Shown piece after piece: positions 37,831-49,806 of a DNA stretch of 64,000 nt. This stretch comes from Octopus sinensis (Eukaryota). The notes under the pieces are model-generated. The model saw only the letters and a program-made list of their open reading frames with translations. It searched no databases and had not been told where the DNA came from. Positions within the stretch are counted from its first letter, which is position 1, and each line of letters starts with the position of its first letter. The DNA lies in contig NC_043011.1 of the NCBI RefSeq assembly GCF_006345805.1, positions 19,604,464 through 19,668,463 of the forward strand, given 5' to 3'. Made by a program: the position numbers and the translations under genes.

Positions 37831-39728
37831 TTGTTGAAAAGCTCTTTTAGGAAATAGTGTCTGATATTTGTCTGATCTAAACTCATTTGAAAAGATTAAA
37901 ACCGATACATATTTGTCTACTACGATATAAATTAATCCGCAAAGAAAGGAAAATCTTTTGAAGGTAAGAATTAGCTCTGTTTTCAAAGTTATCATGTCAA
38001 AAATGCCACAGTACTTTCTCTCCAACCTAATACAGAAAGTAATTATTCGATAACACGACTGTTAATTTTAAAATTTGCGTACGAACATTTACGTTCCAAT
38101 TTCATATCTGACATGGTTGACTTGGCCTCCCATGTTTCTGGGATTGATAGTGTAAATAATCAGACGCATAATGTGAGCGCTGTTAATCGAGTAAAGATCC
38201 ATAAAAATGTAATGCCTTCTACCCAACGTATAAAATCCATTTGAAGAGTAAACAGAGACCTTCTAAATCAAACTACACAGAGCGGAAAAATAGCGATAAA
38301 ACTAAACTCTGTCCTTCACGATATATCTTGTATATACACTCATTGAAAATGCATACGTGTGAGCGCGCGTACGATTTCATCAACTCATATAATTTGTTGA
38401 AGTTCGACAAAAAATGTTGTTTCTCGAACAATATTCACCGAATTACAAAAGGTCCCCGTTTCAGAAATGTAGTGAAATATTGGTTTCATTTATCAATTGA
38501 AGATGTGTTAATTACATGCTGTGAACTCTGTTTATGGAAGTTCACTAAAATGGAAATATCAAATGAAGAGTAGTAATTTTGTGACACTGCCCGGATGCCC
38601 GTCCTTTAACGATAAATTTTGTAACCAATAATGAATATTTACTTGTTTACATTGCTGTCAGTTCATTTGTCTATGCCTATCTCGTGGCTGAATGGTATAC
38701 ACTGACTCGGAACAAGTGCACCCGCCAGTGTTCAAGCTATGAGTTTATTGGCGTGTCATCGAAGCGTGTCTGTAAATGGTTAAACAGAGGTACGTTAGTG
38801 GACCCGGAGCAGATGATAAAAGTCAGATATTTATCTGCTTAGCAAATTGTAGGTAACTGCATAGAAATCGTGCCTTCTGATAAATACAGAGCTCATGCCA
38901 TTTTCCGCACTAAATCATCACAATTTTAAGGGGTGAGAGAGGAAACTGGCTCTGCACAAACTATGCCCGCCATCATGCACCGCCTGAGGGCTCTCCTTCG
39001 AACTAAGACACCAGCGACACCTCTATCACACTTCCTTAATTAGTCCAGTGGCGATAGGGAATAAGGGTGGGTACAGGTAGGGGATGCAACAGGAAGCATT
39101 AATATCCAGCTATAAATATATTGTTCCTTACCACGCCCTACGCATTAGACTGTCCTAACACGTAAGGCAGCTTCCATGTGATTTCTCAAAGGTATTCATG
39201 TACAATTAGATACTTCAGTGAGTTACATTGATAAGTGAAATAGCTGTGAATATATTTCTTCCCACAATCGGTGCCACAGTATATTCTGCTTTCAAAAGAA
39301 AAAATAGAAAATTTTAATACATAAGCACTGAGTAGTTCATAGATTAGTATGCATATTTGTGATGTTTGTAGCTCGTCGTAAATTAAGCAATATATACTTT
39401 GTGTACAGTGCATAAAATATAAGTTAGTTATTTAATTATGTGCCATTTATATTTCAACATCTGGTTTTCCTTATATTTGAATTTATATCGATTTCTCTTA
39501 TCCACGACAAGTTTTGCGTAAAATATGTATTGCTGAATTAATCTATTTTCTTACTTCATCATCATTCAGGTTATTGAATATCTATTTTTGTATGAAAATA
39601 ACACTCGCATTTGAGGATTGCTTAATAAACAGCAGAAGAAATCTCCAATAAACCTCTCCATTTCCATTTGTTTGTTCATGAGTACAAAATACTACTGTAG
39701 AGTGTTATAACTGTAAATAGTACTACGG

Positions 39729-40097
39729 CACTCCCTCGGTTACGACAATGAGGGTTCCAATTAATCCAATCATCGGAACAGCCTGCTCGTAAAATTAACG
39801 TGCAAGTGGCTGAGCGCGCCACGGACACGTGTACGCTTGACATAGTTCTCGGGGAGATTCAGCGTGACACAAAGAGTGACATACAGGTACAACAGAAGAA
39901 AAGGAGAGAAAGTGTGAGAGAAAAAAAAATTGTAGTGAAGGAGTACAGCAGAGTTCGCCAACATCCCCTGCTGGATCCTCGTAAAACTTTAGGTGTTTAC
40001 GTTTAATAAACACTTACAACGCCTGGTCTGGGAATCAAAACCGCGATCCTATGACTGCGAGTCCGATGCCCTAACCACTGGGCCATTGCGCCTTCAC
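39729..40097 (-). mobile_element. SINE family B, diverged
   Basis: Reverse complement of 15540-15916. Confidence 0.88.
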
Positions 40098-41189
40098 TTT
40101 AGAAATAATATAATTGCTAATGGTATTAATTCTAACAAACCTTCATTGAAAGATACTATTAGTTCTAATAGATTATTCGTATTTCCCTTCATGCGTAAAT
40201 ATCTTTCCCGTTTGAAAGTTCTACATTTACCATTTCATATTTATATATCGTTATACCTTCAAAGAATGTCCCTGTTCCAAACATCACAGGACGACATTAT
40301 CTCAATTATATTCACGAATGTTATTGTTTTCTACCGAAACAAACCATGTGGGTTGACTTTGTTTGCTTTTCTTTTGTTATTTACATATTTTATTGCATAT
40401 GTAACCGTGAATTCCTAAACTCTTTATTTTGCTATGCCATTTTGAAACGAATTTCTTCGACGAAGATATCTTCTCGACATCTAGATATTTCTACCTTATT
40501 ACGAAAATTCGATTTGAATAACGTATTATCCTCGATAAAATATACAATCTAAATACATTTCCGTAACTAAATAAATACGATTTCTTTTTGACAATTGTGC
40601 TTTGAAACAGGAACAAACGATTACCTATATTAACTTAGTAGTCTAACTAATTCCATTTCCACTTTGTTTCCTCTTTTCTGTCACATTCCAAATATTTTAC
40701 AAGTTCGTGTGTACTTTAGAGATTATATGAAACTATAAAGCTTCCATATATGATAAAAGACTTATTCTCATATTACATTGGTAACTTATCAAATTGATAG
40801 AATTACATACCTATTAATATATATACGACAAAGATTAGAATATCACTATAAGTGTAATACCAATTATAATTCGTTCCGTATCATTCTGCTTCAAACTACA
40901 ATACACATAAATAATGATGTGTCATAATAACACAAGATTTGTATAAAATATGCATGATTGAAACAGTGTAGAATGCTATACATTTCCCACATCAGGAAAC
41001 TCGGGTATCACACGTGATATCTGCCATAATATTTCCTGTGATTATCTATTCGGAATAACCAACATAAAAAAAGCATAATACAAATAATACTGAAGATCAA
41101 AATCATAGTAAGCACAATAATATCAACAATAACAAAAACAACAACAGGCTAAAACCAATCTCCACAACGCCAATAATAATAATGATGAT

Positions 41190-41401
41190 GATTTCAAATT
41201 TTAGGCAAGAGGTCAGTAATTTCGGGAGAGAGGGTAATTCGATTTCAGTATACACAGTAATCAACCGGTATTTATTTTAATTGACCCCGAAAGGATGGAA
41301 GGCATAGTCTGCCTCGGTGGATTTTGAACTCTAAACTAGAAGATGAATTTGGACAAAATGACACTAAGCATTTTACTCGGCTAAAGATTCTGCCAGCACG
41401 C
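41190..41401 (-). mobile_element. Diverged SINE family C' (alternative tail)
   Basis: gaccccgaaaggatggaaggc core; tail type as at 44085-44283. Confidence 0.65.
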
Positions 41402-41454
41402 GACATTGAATGATAATAATAATAACAATGATGATAGTAATAATAATAATAATA

Positions 41455-43051
41455 ATAATAGTTCATGGATTTACCAAAGAAATAGATATGAAATTTGGAT
41501 TAGAAAAATGCGCCAAAGTAACCATGAAAAGAGGAAAACTAGTTAAGAGTAACAACATCAAACTAGATGAAGCAAATGAAATAAAAGAATTAGACCAAAG
41601 CCAAACTTACAAATACTTAGGAATCCATGAACTAGATAAGACACAACACACACAAATGAAAGAGAAAATAAAAAAAGAATATTATAGACGAGTTAGATCA
41701 ATACTAAACACAGAGCTCAATGCTAAAACAAGATAATAGGTATCAACACTTTAGCTCTCCCAGTTATAAGTTACAGCTACAATATCCTTAACTGGACACG
41801 AAATGAACTGACCAAATAGACAGGAAAACAAGAAAAATAATGACAGGATCTAGGATGCATCACCCAAAATCTGACATAGAAAGACTATATATACAACGTA
41901 TAGAAGGTGGTAGAGGCCTTATACAGCTGGAAAACTACTATAAAATAACCACCATAGGACTGCAAAAATATCTACTTCAGAAGGAAGGAAAACTGATCCA
42001 CATAGCGCAAAACACGAGCAAAAAAAAAAACTGTTCTCAGTATTTAAGGAAGCTGACAAATACAAACAAGAAATCATACCACCTAATAAACATGAAGAAG
42101 AAGAAGAAGAAGATGAAAAACAACAAAAGCTATAAAAAAATGAAATCCAAACTAAAAATAGAACAGCAACGAACCATGATAAAACGATGGCAAGAAAAGC
42201 CCCTAATGGTAAATACTGGACTAAACTAAACGCAAAAGAAATAGACATAGAAAAATCCCAGCAATGGTTGAGAAGCTCAGGACTCAAAGCAGAAACAGAG
42301 GGATTTTTAATTGCAGCACAAGACCAAAGCCTCCCCACCAGAAATTACCAAAAACATGTAATGAAAAGAAATATTACAAGTAACTGCAGAATATGTGGAG
42401 ATGGACAAGAAACAATAAATCATATTATCTCTAGCTGCCCAGTCCTGGCTAAGAAGGAATATATTCACAGACATGACAGAGTTGGAACTTACATACATTG
42501 GAAGCTATGCCAACATTATGGAATAACAACAGAAAAAAGATGGTATAGGCACACACCAGAAAAGGTCACAGAAAACGAGAAAGCAACCATACTCTGGATA
42601 TGCCGATACACACAGATAGAGAATTAAGGCCAACAGACCAGATTAGTTGTCAGAGACCATGAAGAAAAAAAATGCTTTCTAATTGATGTATCAGTACCGG
42701 CAGATGACAACGTGTCTCTAAAAGAAATGGAGAAAGTCTCAAATACAAAGACCTGGAAATAGAGGTAACTAGAATGTGGAATCTGAAAACAGAAACAATT
42801 CCTATCATAGTAGGTGCATTAGGCATGATAAAAAAATATTCAGACAAATACATAACAAAAACACCAGGACTTACAAACACATAACATACAGAAAATTGCA
42901 CTACTAGGCACTGCACACATCCTACGCAGAACACTTTCCATACAATAACCATCAGAGCATCACAACAAATCACAGCACATACCCAAGGCACACAGAGCTG
43001 CGCTCGGTAGTGAAGTGAAAGCACGCTATAAAAATAAAAATAAAACTACTG
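41455..43051 (+). mobile_element. 5'-truncated R4/Dong-like non-LTR retrotransposon (RT C-terminus, CCHC, RLE endonuclease, 3' UTR) in (TAA)n
   Basis: MKFGLEKCAK..YKYLGI; CRICGDGQETINHIISSC; HDRV..IHW; ANRPD..VRD..KKCFLIDVSVP..KYKDLEIEVTRMW; several frameshifts; (AAT)n on both sides. Confidence 0.92.
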
Positions 43052-44084
43052 AATAATAATGATAATAATACTAATAATAATAGTAATAACAATAATAATA
43101 ATAATAACAATAATAACAATAATAATAATAATGATGATAATAATAATAATAATAATAATAGTAATAATAATAATAATATTAATAATAACGATAATAATAA
43201 ATTGTAGGAGCATAGAATTGCCAAGAAGAAGAAGAAGAGCAACAACAACAACAATAATGATCTCATTATCCTTTGTAATATAGATGATAAGGCATGGAAT
43301 GTGAGGGCAGGTGTCAGTCTCTTCCACCCACACAAGTACTTCAGCTGTGATTCATTGCATCGAACCTAAAGAAATGGAGGAAATGCCAATGGACACAGGT
43401 GGGATTTGAGTTGGAGAGCAATGAGCAAAACCAAAATAACGCTCGCTTGACGTCAGCCGGTGTGAATCTTTGTTAGAAGTTGTTATATCTCAAACGTTCG
43501 CTTCAATGTTTTTAAGATGTGTACTCGTTTAATTGGGCAAGCTAGCACCGAGATGTTAATCTGATATTCACTTAGTTCTCTGACGCCATGGGATGCTTTT
43601 ATCAGTGAATAATTATTAATTTACCTAATCCATGAACATCAGCTGAGCATGAACTCGATACACTAGCATATCAACAAGTTAGTACTCACTGCTATTCATA
43701 ATTTGTTACCTTTTATACTTTTTCTTTCTATACTTAGTTGTCAAAACGTTTTATTTCTTATTGCTTAAGCTTATTACAATCTTTTATTTATCACGTGCTT
43801 ATTACAATTGCTGTTTCGGTATTATTGTTATTATTCTATGTTTGACTTTTGCTTTATATTTGTACAAGTTGGCTCGAAATCTCACCCAGAGACCTCAAGA
43901 TACCACAAGTTGGAGGTTAATGTTGTTGTTATGCCTAGTGTGCCATATATTTGGGTTTTTTTAGTGTTGTACTAGAGAATGTCTAAAAAAAAACATACGT
44001 AAATTATGTTTGTTTTAAAACTTATTATTATAATTATTATTATTATTATTATTATTATTATTTTCTACCATCTCGCCGCTCGCA

Positions 44085-44281
44085 GAACCATTAGCATGCT
44101 GGGCAAAATGCTTAAGCAATATTTTCCTTGTCATTACGTTCTGAGTTCAAATGCTGTCAGGTTCGACTTTACCTTTCATCATTTCGCGTTCGATAAATTA
44201 TGTACCAGTGAAACACTGGGGTCGATGTAATCGATTGGTCCCCTCTCCCAAAATTTCAGGCCTAGTGCCTATAGTAGAAAA

Positions 44282-44283
<2 letters not shown>
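44085..44283 (+). mobile_element. SINE family C' ending in an (ATT)n tail
   Basis: C-type head and core with a different 3' end, cccaaaatttcaggcctagtgcctatagtagaaa. Confidence 0.8.
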
Positions 44284-44323
<40 letters not shown>

Positions 44324-44401
44324 TTTTTGTAGTAGTAGTAGTAGTAGTACTAGTAGTAGTAGTAGTAGTAGTAGTATGTTATAGGATAGGTATATAGAAA
44401 C

Positions 44402-44578
44402 AAAAAAAGAAGAGTGCCATTGTTATTAAGTGAACGATATATTTCGGCATCTAGCTTTATTCTTATAAAATATTACCAAAAATGAAGTAGATTACAAGAT
44501 TATTTTTTTAACCTGTGGAAGGCACACTAGATGCCAAAATATCGTTCACTTGATAACAATGGCACTCTTTGTTTTTTT
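44402..44578. mobile_element. Small fold-back (52 bp arms, 72 bp spacer) with a degenerate hammerhead
   Basis: Arms 44402-44454 / 44527-44578. Plus strand AAC-CTGTGGA-a-GGCA..TGCC-aaaa-ta-TC-GTT; the left arm on the minus strand keeps TGCC-GAAA-TATA-TC-GTTCAC. Confidence 0.55.
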
Positions 44579-44597
44579 GCTATTATTATTATTATTA

Positions 44598-44635
<38 letters not shown>

Positions 44636-44829
44636 ATTATTATTACTATTATTATTATTATTATTATTATTCTCTTTCTCCTCCACTCATTCCTGTTTTT
44701 CTTCATCTACTCCTCTTAACCCTGCTCTTCCACTTTTCCTCCTCCACTTTGCTCTCCACCTCCTCTTCTCCCCTATCTTCTTCCTTCTCTTCTCTCTTCT
44801 CTTTTTCTACACAAAAAGACATATTTTCA

Positions 44830-45700
44830 GTTGAGAATTCCAATTATGCTCTGGTAATCTGTCGTGACTCAGGAATGTCGAGTACTAACAAAATCAACAT
44901 CCTCGTGGTTGATTTAGTTAGAGTGATGTGGAAAGTATTCCCACTATGCCAACCACAAGAAGGACAACAACACATTCAACATTACATATTCCGAATGCAA
45001 CGTTCCAGTTACACACATTACGATATGATCAGAGTGTACAACGTAGCGAAAACAAGATTCGAGCGCATTCTAAGATATGATGAAAAAGTTATATGTCCAC
45101 TATACCGTAACAACTTTTGGAATAGTTTGGAGCGGGACACCAAGAAGAAAATACGAATCATACTTGGCATGATAAAAAGTTTCACAGTGCAATGTTTGTT
45201 GACGCCACAATAATGAACGAATTAAGTAGGGCATTTACGAAAATCCCACGCACGACTAGCCTTAAAATTAAAGTTGTAATAATGACAGATAGGAATATGA
45301 AATCTCTATTAAATAAATCTTACCCATTTTATAACAGCATGAGACGAAATGATTGTGTAGTATGTTCTACAAACCCACATGTCAACGGCAATAAGTAAAA
45401 CATTGCACACAAGATTAAGTGTCAGGAAGGGACTTGCACAGGTCTCCCGAAGTCCTATATTGGTGAGACATCTGGGCCCATCAGTGACAGGTTCAAAGGA
45501 CACCTGGACAATAACATTGAGAAAAATAAACAAACCCCCTCTTCTATCAGCATGCTGTAGACTGACACAAGGGAAGCTTAGGGTGACTGAGGCTAGACAT
45601 CATATCTTAATATGCCACTGAGAAAGACACAGAAGCTGCCTGTATACAGGAATACAAATTGTCCTTCGACCATAATTCCGAATGAGCTAACACCTAGATT
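44830..45700 (+). mobile_element. Penelope-like 3' region (post-RT linker plus GIY-YIG), decayed
   Basis: KINILVVDLVRVM..HIQHYIFRMQ.S.Y..CPLYR..FW and NIAHKIKCQ..C..SYIGETSGPISDRFKGH. Confidence 0.75.
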
Positions 45701-45947
45701 CCACTCGGGAGTACTCATGTATAATCAACTCTTTCTTTCATTTGCACGTAGAAATTCATACATAGATGTTGAGATACTGAAATACATGGATGCAATTATT
45801 TATAGTCGTATGAGTGTATGTGTTGTGTGAGTATATATGTGTGTATGTGTGTCTACACGCTTGCACGTATAAGTATGTGTGTAGATATATGTATATATAT
45901 TACACACACACACGCACACACACATACATATATATATATATAATATA

Positions 45948-46090
45948 CTAGCAGAGATACCCGGCGTTGCCCGGTTACATTCAATTGAAGAATTAGACTT
46001 TTCTGTTATATTTTCTGAATGAACTGGAATATCTGTTTCGAATTTCATCAAATTGCAGATTAGAGTTATTTCCCTCTTTACACGACCTAA
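45948..46090 (-). mobile_element. Helitron-like 3' terminus
   Basis: Minus strand ccgggcaacgccggg hairpin about 10 nt before a CTAG|T end. Confidence 0.55.
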
Positions 46091-46428
46091 AAAAATTGTA
46101 ATCGTGCCACGTGGAAATCAAAAGACGGATGATCACAATAAGCAGTCAGTTACCCTACCCTAGTAGTTACCACTCCTAATGTAGGATTCCTCACCATCCA
46201 GGTGACAGGCACAGCCGTAAGATGCATTACGAATCTATAGCGTGACCCAACTGAAATCAAGATTAACCACTGTGTGACGTGAGGGCTTGGGAGAAATTAA
46301 AGTGTCACCTCTGGAGTTTGCAAATGACCACTATACTGATACGTAACTGGACAGAATGAATTTAAAATCTATAAATGTCTTTGAACAACCAGTCACACAT
46401 CTGGGAAGGCCTTGTAATCAATGTTACC

Positions 46429-46654
46429 TATTTCTTTACTACCCACAAGGGGCTAAACACAGAGGGGACAAACAAGGACAGACAAACGGATTAAATCGAT
46501 TATATCGACCCCAGTGCGTAACTGGTACTTATTTAATCGACCCCGAAAGGATGAAAAGCAAAGTCGACCTCGGCGGAATTTGAACTCAGAACGTAGAGGC
46601 AGACGAAATACCACTAAGCATTTCGCCCGGAGTGCTAACGTTTCCGCCAGCTCG
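46429..46654 (-). mobile_element. SINE family C
   Basis: Reverse complement of the family C monomer. Confidence 0.92.
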
Positions 46655-47606
46655 TCTGGACTCTATGTGTGACCGAGTGATAATAAAAAGACTGAAAGGA
46701 GGTCTGCAATCAAATAACTTTACTCAACACTTTGCAACTGAAAAACTGGAGACAAAGATGCTTCTCATTTACTTAACAATTTATGCATCACATTGCAGAA
46801 ATCACAATGTTAGTGTATGTCAAAGCAAACTGTTACACTGTTATACCATTGAATTAGAAATAATGCCCAACTTTTATGCTCGGGTAACCCTACAGCTTCC
46901 AAGAGCACAACTGTATTGTTTTTTGCTTATATAAAATGACAAAATTGTGGGTGTTAAGTCACCATGGATGGGTCTTTCTAACTTTGTAAGAAGATGAAAT
47001 TTTATAAATATTACTTCATTTGTGTCTAATATCTATGGTTGAAATTTCATCAACAGCAAAAATATATGAATTGTCATGGGTGTTATGGCCCTTATGCTTA
47101 GAATATAATTTCCAAATTTCATAAATATCCAACGAAGAACCAACAAATTTGATTACAATAGTCAAACAGTAATAATAATAACAACAAACCTTTTTAATTT
47201 ATCCCCATTTATGTGAAACCACTTGTTCAATTTCAAGTCATTGATGCAATTTTATACGAATTGCTAATACACACACACATAATAAGGGTGAAAAATTGAA
47301 TATTAATTTTATGAATATGAATTGAAAACCAGTGGTGTAGCATATAAGACCATCGCGGATCTTCTTCTAGCAAAATGGATGACCACTGTTAATGGTTCAT
47401 CCCTGTTATATAATACTTTCACTTTAATAGTTTCAGTATTAAAGTGAATGTCTGCATTATAATAGAGAGATGTTTTTGTTTCACTTTTAACACGTAATAC
47501 TGAAATAGTGGAGAAGATATGATATTGCTGTGGATCGCCCTAGGGAAAAAGTTAAAATTTTTTGCCGATGACACTCCCTGGACCTTAAGTAAGGCATGTG
47601 TAAAAG

Positions 47607-47650
47607 TTTGTCCCCTCTATGTTTAGCTCCTTGTGGGTAGTAAAGAAATA
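47607..47650 (+). mobile_element. SINE family C 3' tail fragment
   Basis: tttgtcccctctatgtttagctccttgtgggtagtaaagaaata. Confidence 0.7.
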
Positions 47651-47693
<43 letters not shown>

Positions 47694-48199
47694 CTTCGAC
47701 AGAGATACAGTCATATATATACAGCAGGCAAGTATCAGTACATAAACATACGTAAACATGGATATAAACAAATAGACAAGCGCAGACATGTCTACACAAT
47801 TACATGCGTAAATGCTCACATACATACATATATACATACGAACATACCCACAATACGGTAGAAACCACAGCCACTCATAACAAAAAGGAATATTAGTGGA
47901 ATGTATCAATGAAGACCTCAATAAAATGTAAGCACAACAGACCGGATATAATACTTGGGATAGAGAAGAGAAACTATGCTCATTTGTGAAAATTAGCTGC
48001 CCAGCGGGTGTTATCAAAGCTGAAGATCAGTGTAAAATAGAACAACTATGCTGAACTATTAAGAAATCTGCAGTGACTCTATCCAGATTACAAATTCAGG
48101 TTTATGCATACATACATACGTACATGCATACATGCATACGTACATGCATACATACATACATATATAGACACATATGAACTAACCGTTACTTTCTCAAAT

Positions 48200-48340
48200 G
48201 CAGCACGAAGTATTGTCAGTAATGAGGTTGCGGTTCCACAGCGACGAAAATATTTTAACACAAATTAACTATAAATATTAAGGTGAATCTAACGGTTTTC
48301 TGTGCATTCTTAAATGATTTACAAACAACTTCCATGGTGC
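48200..48340 (+). mobile_element. Older single-arm copy of the 48456-48719 element
   Basis: gcagcacga..ttgtcagt..gcgacgaaaatatttt..gtgaatctaacggtttt aligns with the right arm 48582-48700. Confidence 0.7.
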
Positions 48341-48387
48341 ATTCCTTGTTTTTATTTGATTTCATGACAGCATCTCAGCTATATATA

Positions 48388-48455
<68 letters not shown>

Positions 48456-48456
<1 letters not shown>

Positions 48457-48719
48457 CAATTGCAGCGTGGGAGGCGTTTATAAGCCATTTAAGAAACACA
48501 CAAAAACCGTTAAGTTCTCTTCAACATTTAAATTTAATTTGTCAAAATATTTTCGTCGCTTCACTGACAAAACATCGTAGCGCAGCACGACGTTTTGTCA
48601 GTGAACAGGTAGCGGTCTCAAGCCAATGAAGATATTTTGACAAATTAAATTTAAATGTTGAAGAGAATTTAACGGTTTTTGTGTGTTTCTTAAATGGCTT
48701 ATAAACGCCTTACAATTGT
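48456..48719. mobile_element. Fold-back element with a hammerhead-like variant (GTGAACA core) at the base of each arm
   Basis: Arms 48472-48574 / 48591-48710; the left arm has a ~15 nt deletion through stem II. Confidence 0.8.
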
Positions 48720-48815
48720 TTTCGTTCCAGCACACGATCTCAGATCAAGTCACTCGCTATGCAAGTACATCTCCGTAAACATATATATAAATATATATAA
48801 ATATATATAAATATA

Positions 48816-48855
<40 letters not shown>

Positions 48856-48960
48856 TATGCATATATATATACATGCATATATATATATACATATATATAT
48901 ATGCATATATATATATACGCATATATATATATATATATACATATATATATGCATATCCGT

Positions 48961-49310
48961 AATAATGAAGGGTGAAATTAATTAATTTGGAATAATTATC
49001 AATTACACAAGTAGTCTTCGGCATGTAAAAGCCTCATTCGAGGAAAATTTAAGTAATACTAAGCAATAAGGTTTATCAACGAATTGCCTTACCACATACC
49101 GAATTTAGAAATAGCAGTCAAAGGGTTATAGCTATTTCTTCTACTAAAAAGGGAGATCTCAGTAAAAACAGCAATTGGAAGGCAATTGCTGTTTTACTGA
49201 GATCTCCCTTTTTAGTAGAAGAAATAGCTATAACCCTTTGACTGCTATTTCTAAATTCGGTATGTGGTAAGGCAATTCGTTGCTAAACCCTTATTGCTTA
49301 GTATTACTTA
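48961..49310. mobile_element. Family B fold-back, turned before the hammerhead: ~128 bp near-perfect arms, 5 nt loop
   Basis: 49050-49177 vs 49183-49310; leader and arm homologous to 1722-1920. Confidence 0.9.
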
Positions 49311-49316
49311 TATATA

Positions 49317-49352
<36 letters not shown>

Positions 49353-49544
49353 CATATGTACACACACACACATATATATATATAAATAAATATATATATA
49401 TATATATACATATAATAAATATTAGGGAATAAATCCAAACTTACAGGGGAAAATCAGATTTAGGATTGAATCCAATTTTATAGTAAAATATTATATTATA
49501 TTAAATTAGAGACATTTTTTAAATATTCGTACCTTGTGTCACGA

Positions 49545-49765
49545 TGGGATTCTTGACAGAAAGATGTCCAGCTTTGATTTAAAAACCACTACATCTACTT
49601 TGTGCAAGTTCCTCAGACTCTTTGGGAGAATATTAAAAAGCTGTGGGCCCTTGAAACCCTGGCTGTTGCAGAAGCTGGTCCTGAAGCGTGATGGCATTGC
49701 TGGGATCTTTGGCACTATGCAGTGTCGTCCCGTTCTAGCATTGGTGTAGCTTACAATGCCAAAAT
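49545..49765 (-). repeat. 221 bp duplicate of the adjacent LINE segment 49980-50201, bracketed by short inverted ends
   Basis: About 7 substitutions and 1 indel; attatattaaattagagaca at ~49495-49514 is inverted at ~49771-49790. Confidence 0.85.
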
Positions 49766-49806
49766 GGTTTTGTCTCTAATTTAATATAATATATATACAT
49801 ATATAT

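Noticed and set aside
47405-47470. Hairpin with GAAA-GTAT-TA and a 7 of 8 bp stem I-like pairing on the minus strand
   Set aside because: Core reads ATGCAGA with extra spacer bases; two core mismatches and wrong spacing.
48015-48075. CTGAAGA-TCAG..CTGA..GAAA-TCTGCAG
   Set aside because: 8 extra nt before GAAA, no stem I and no UH.
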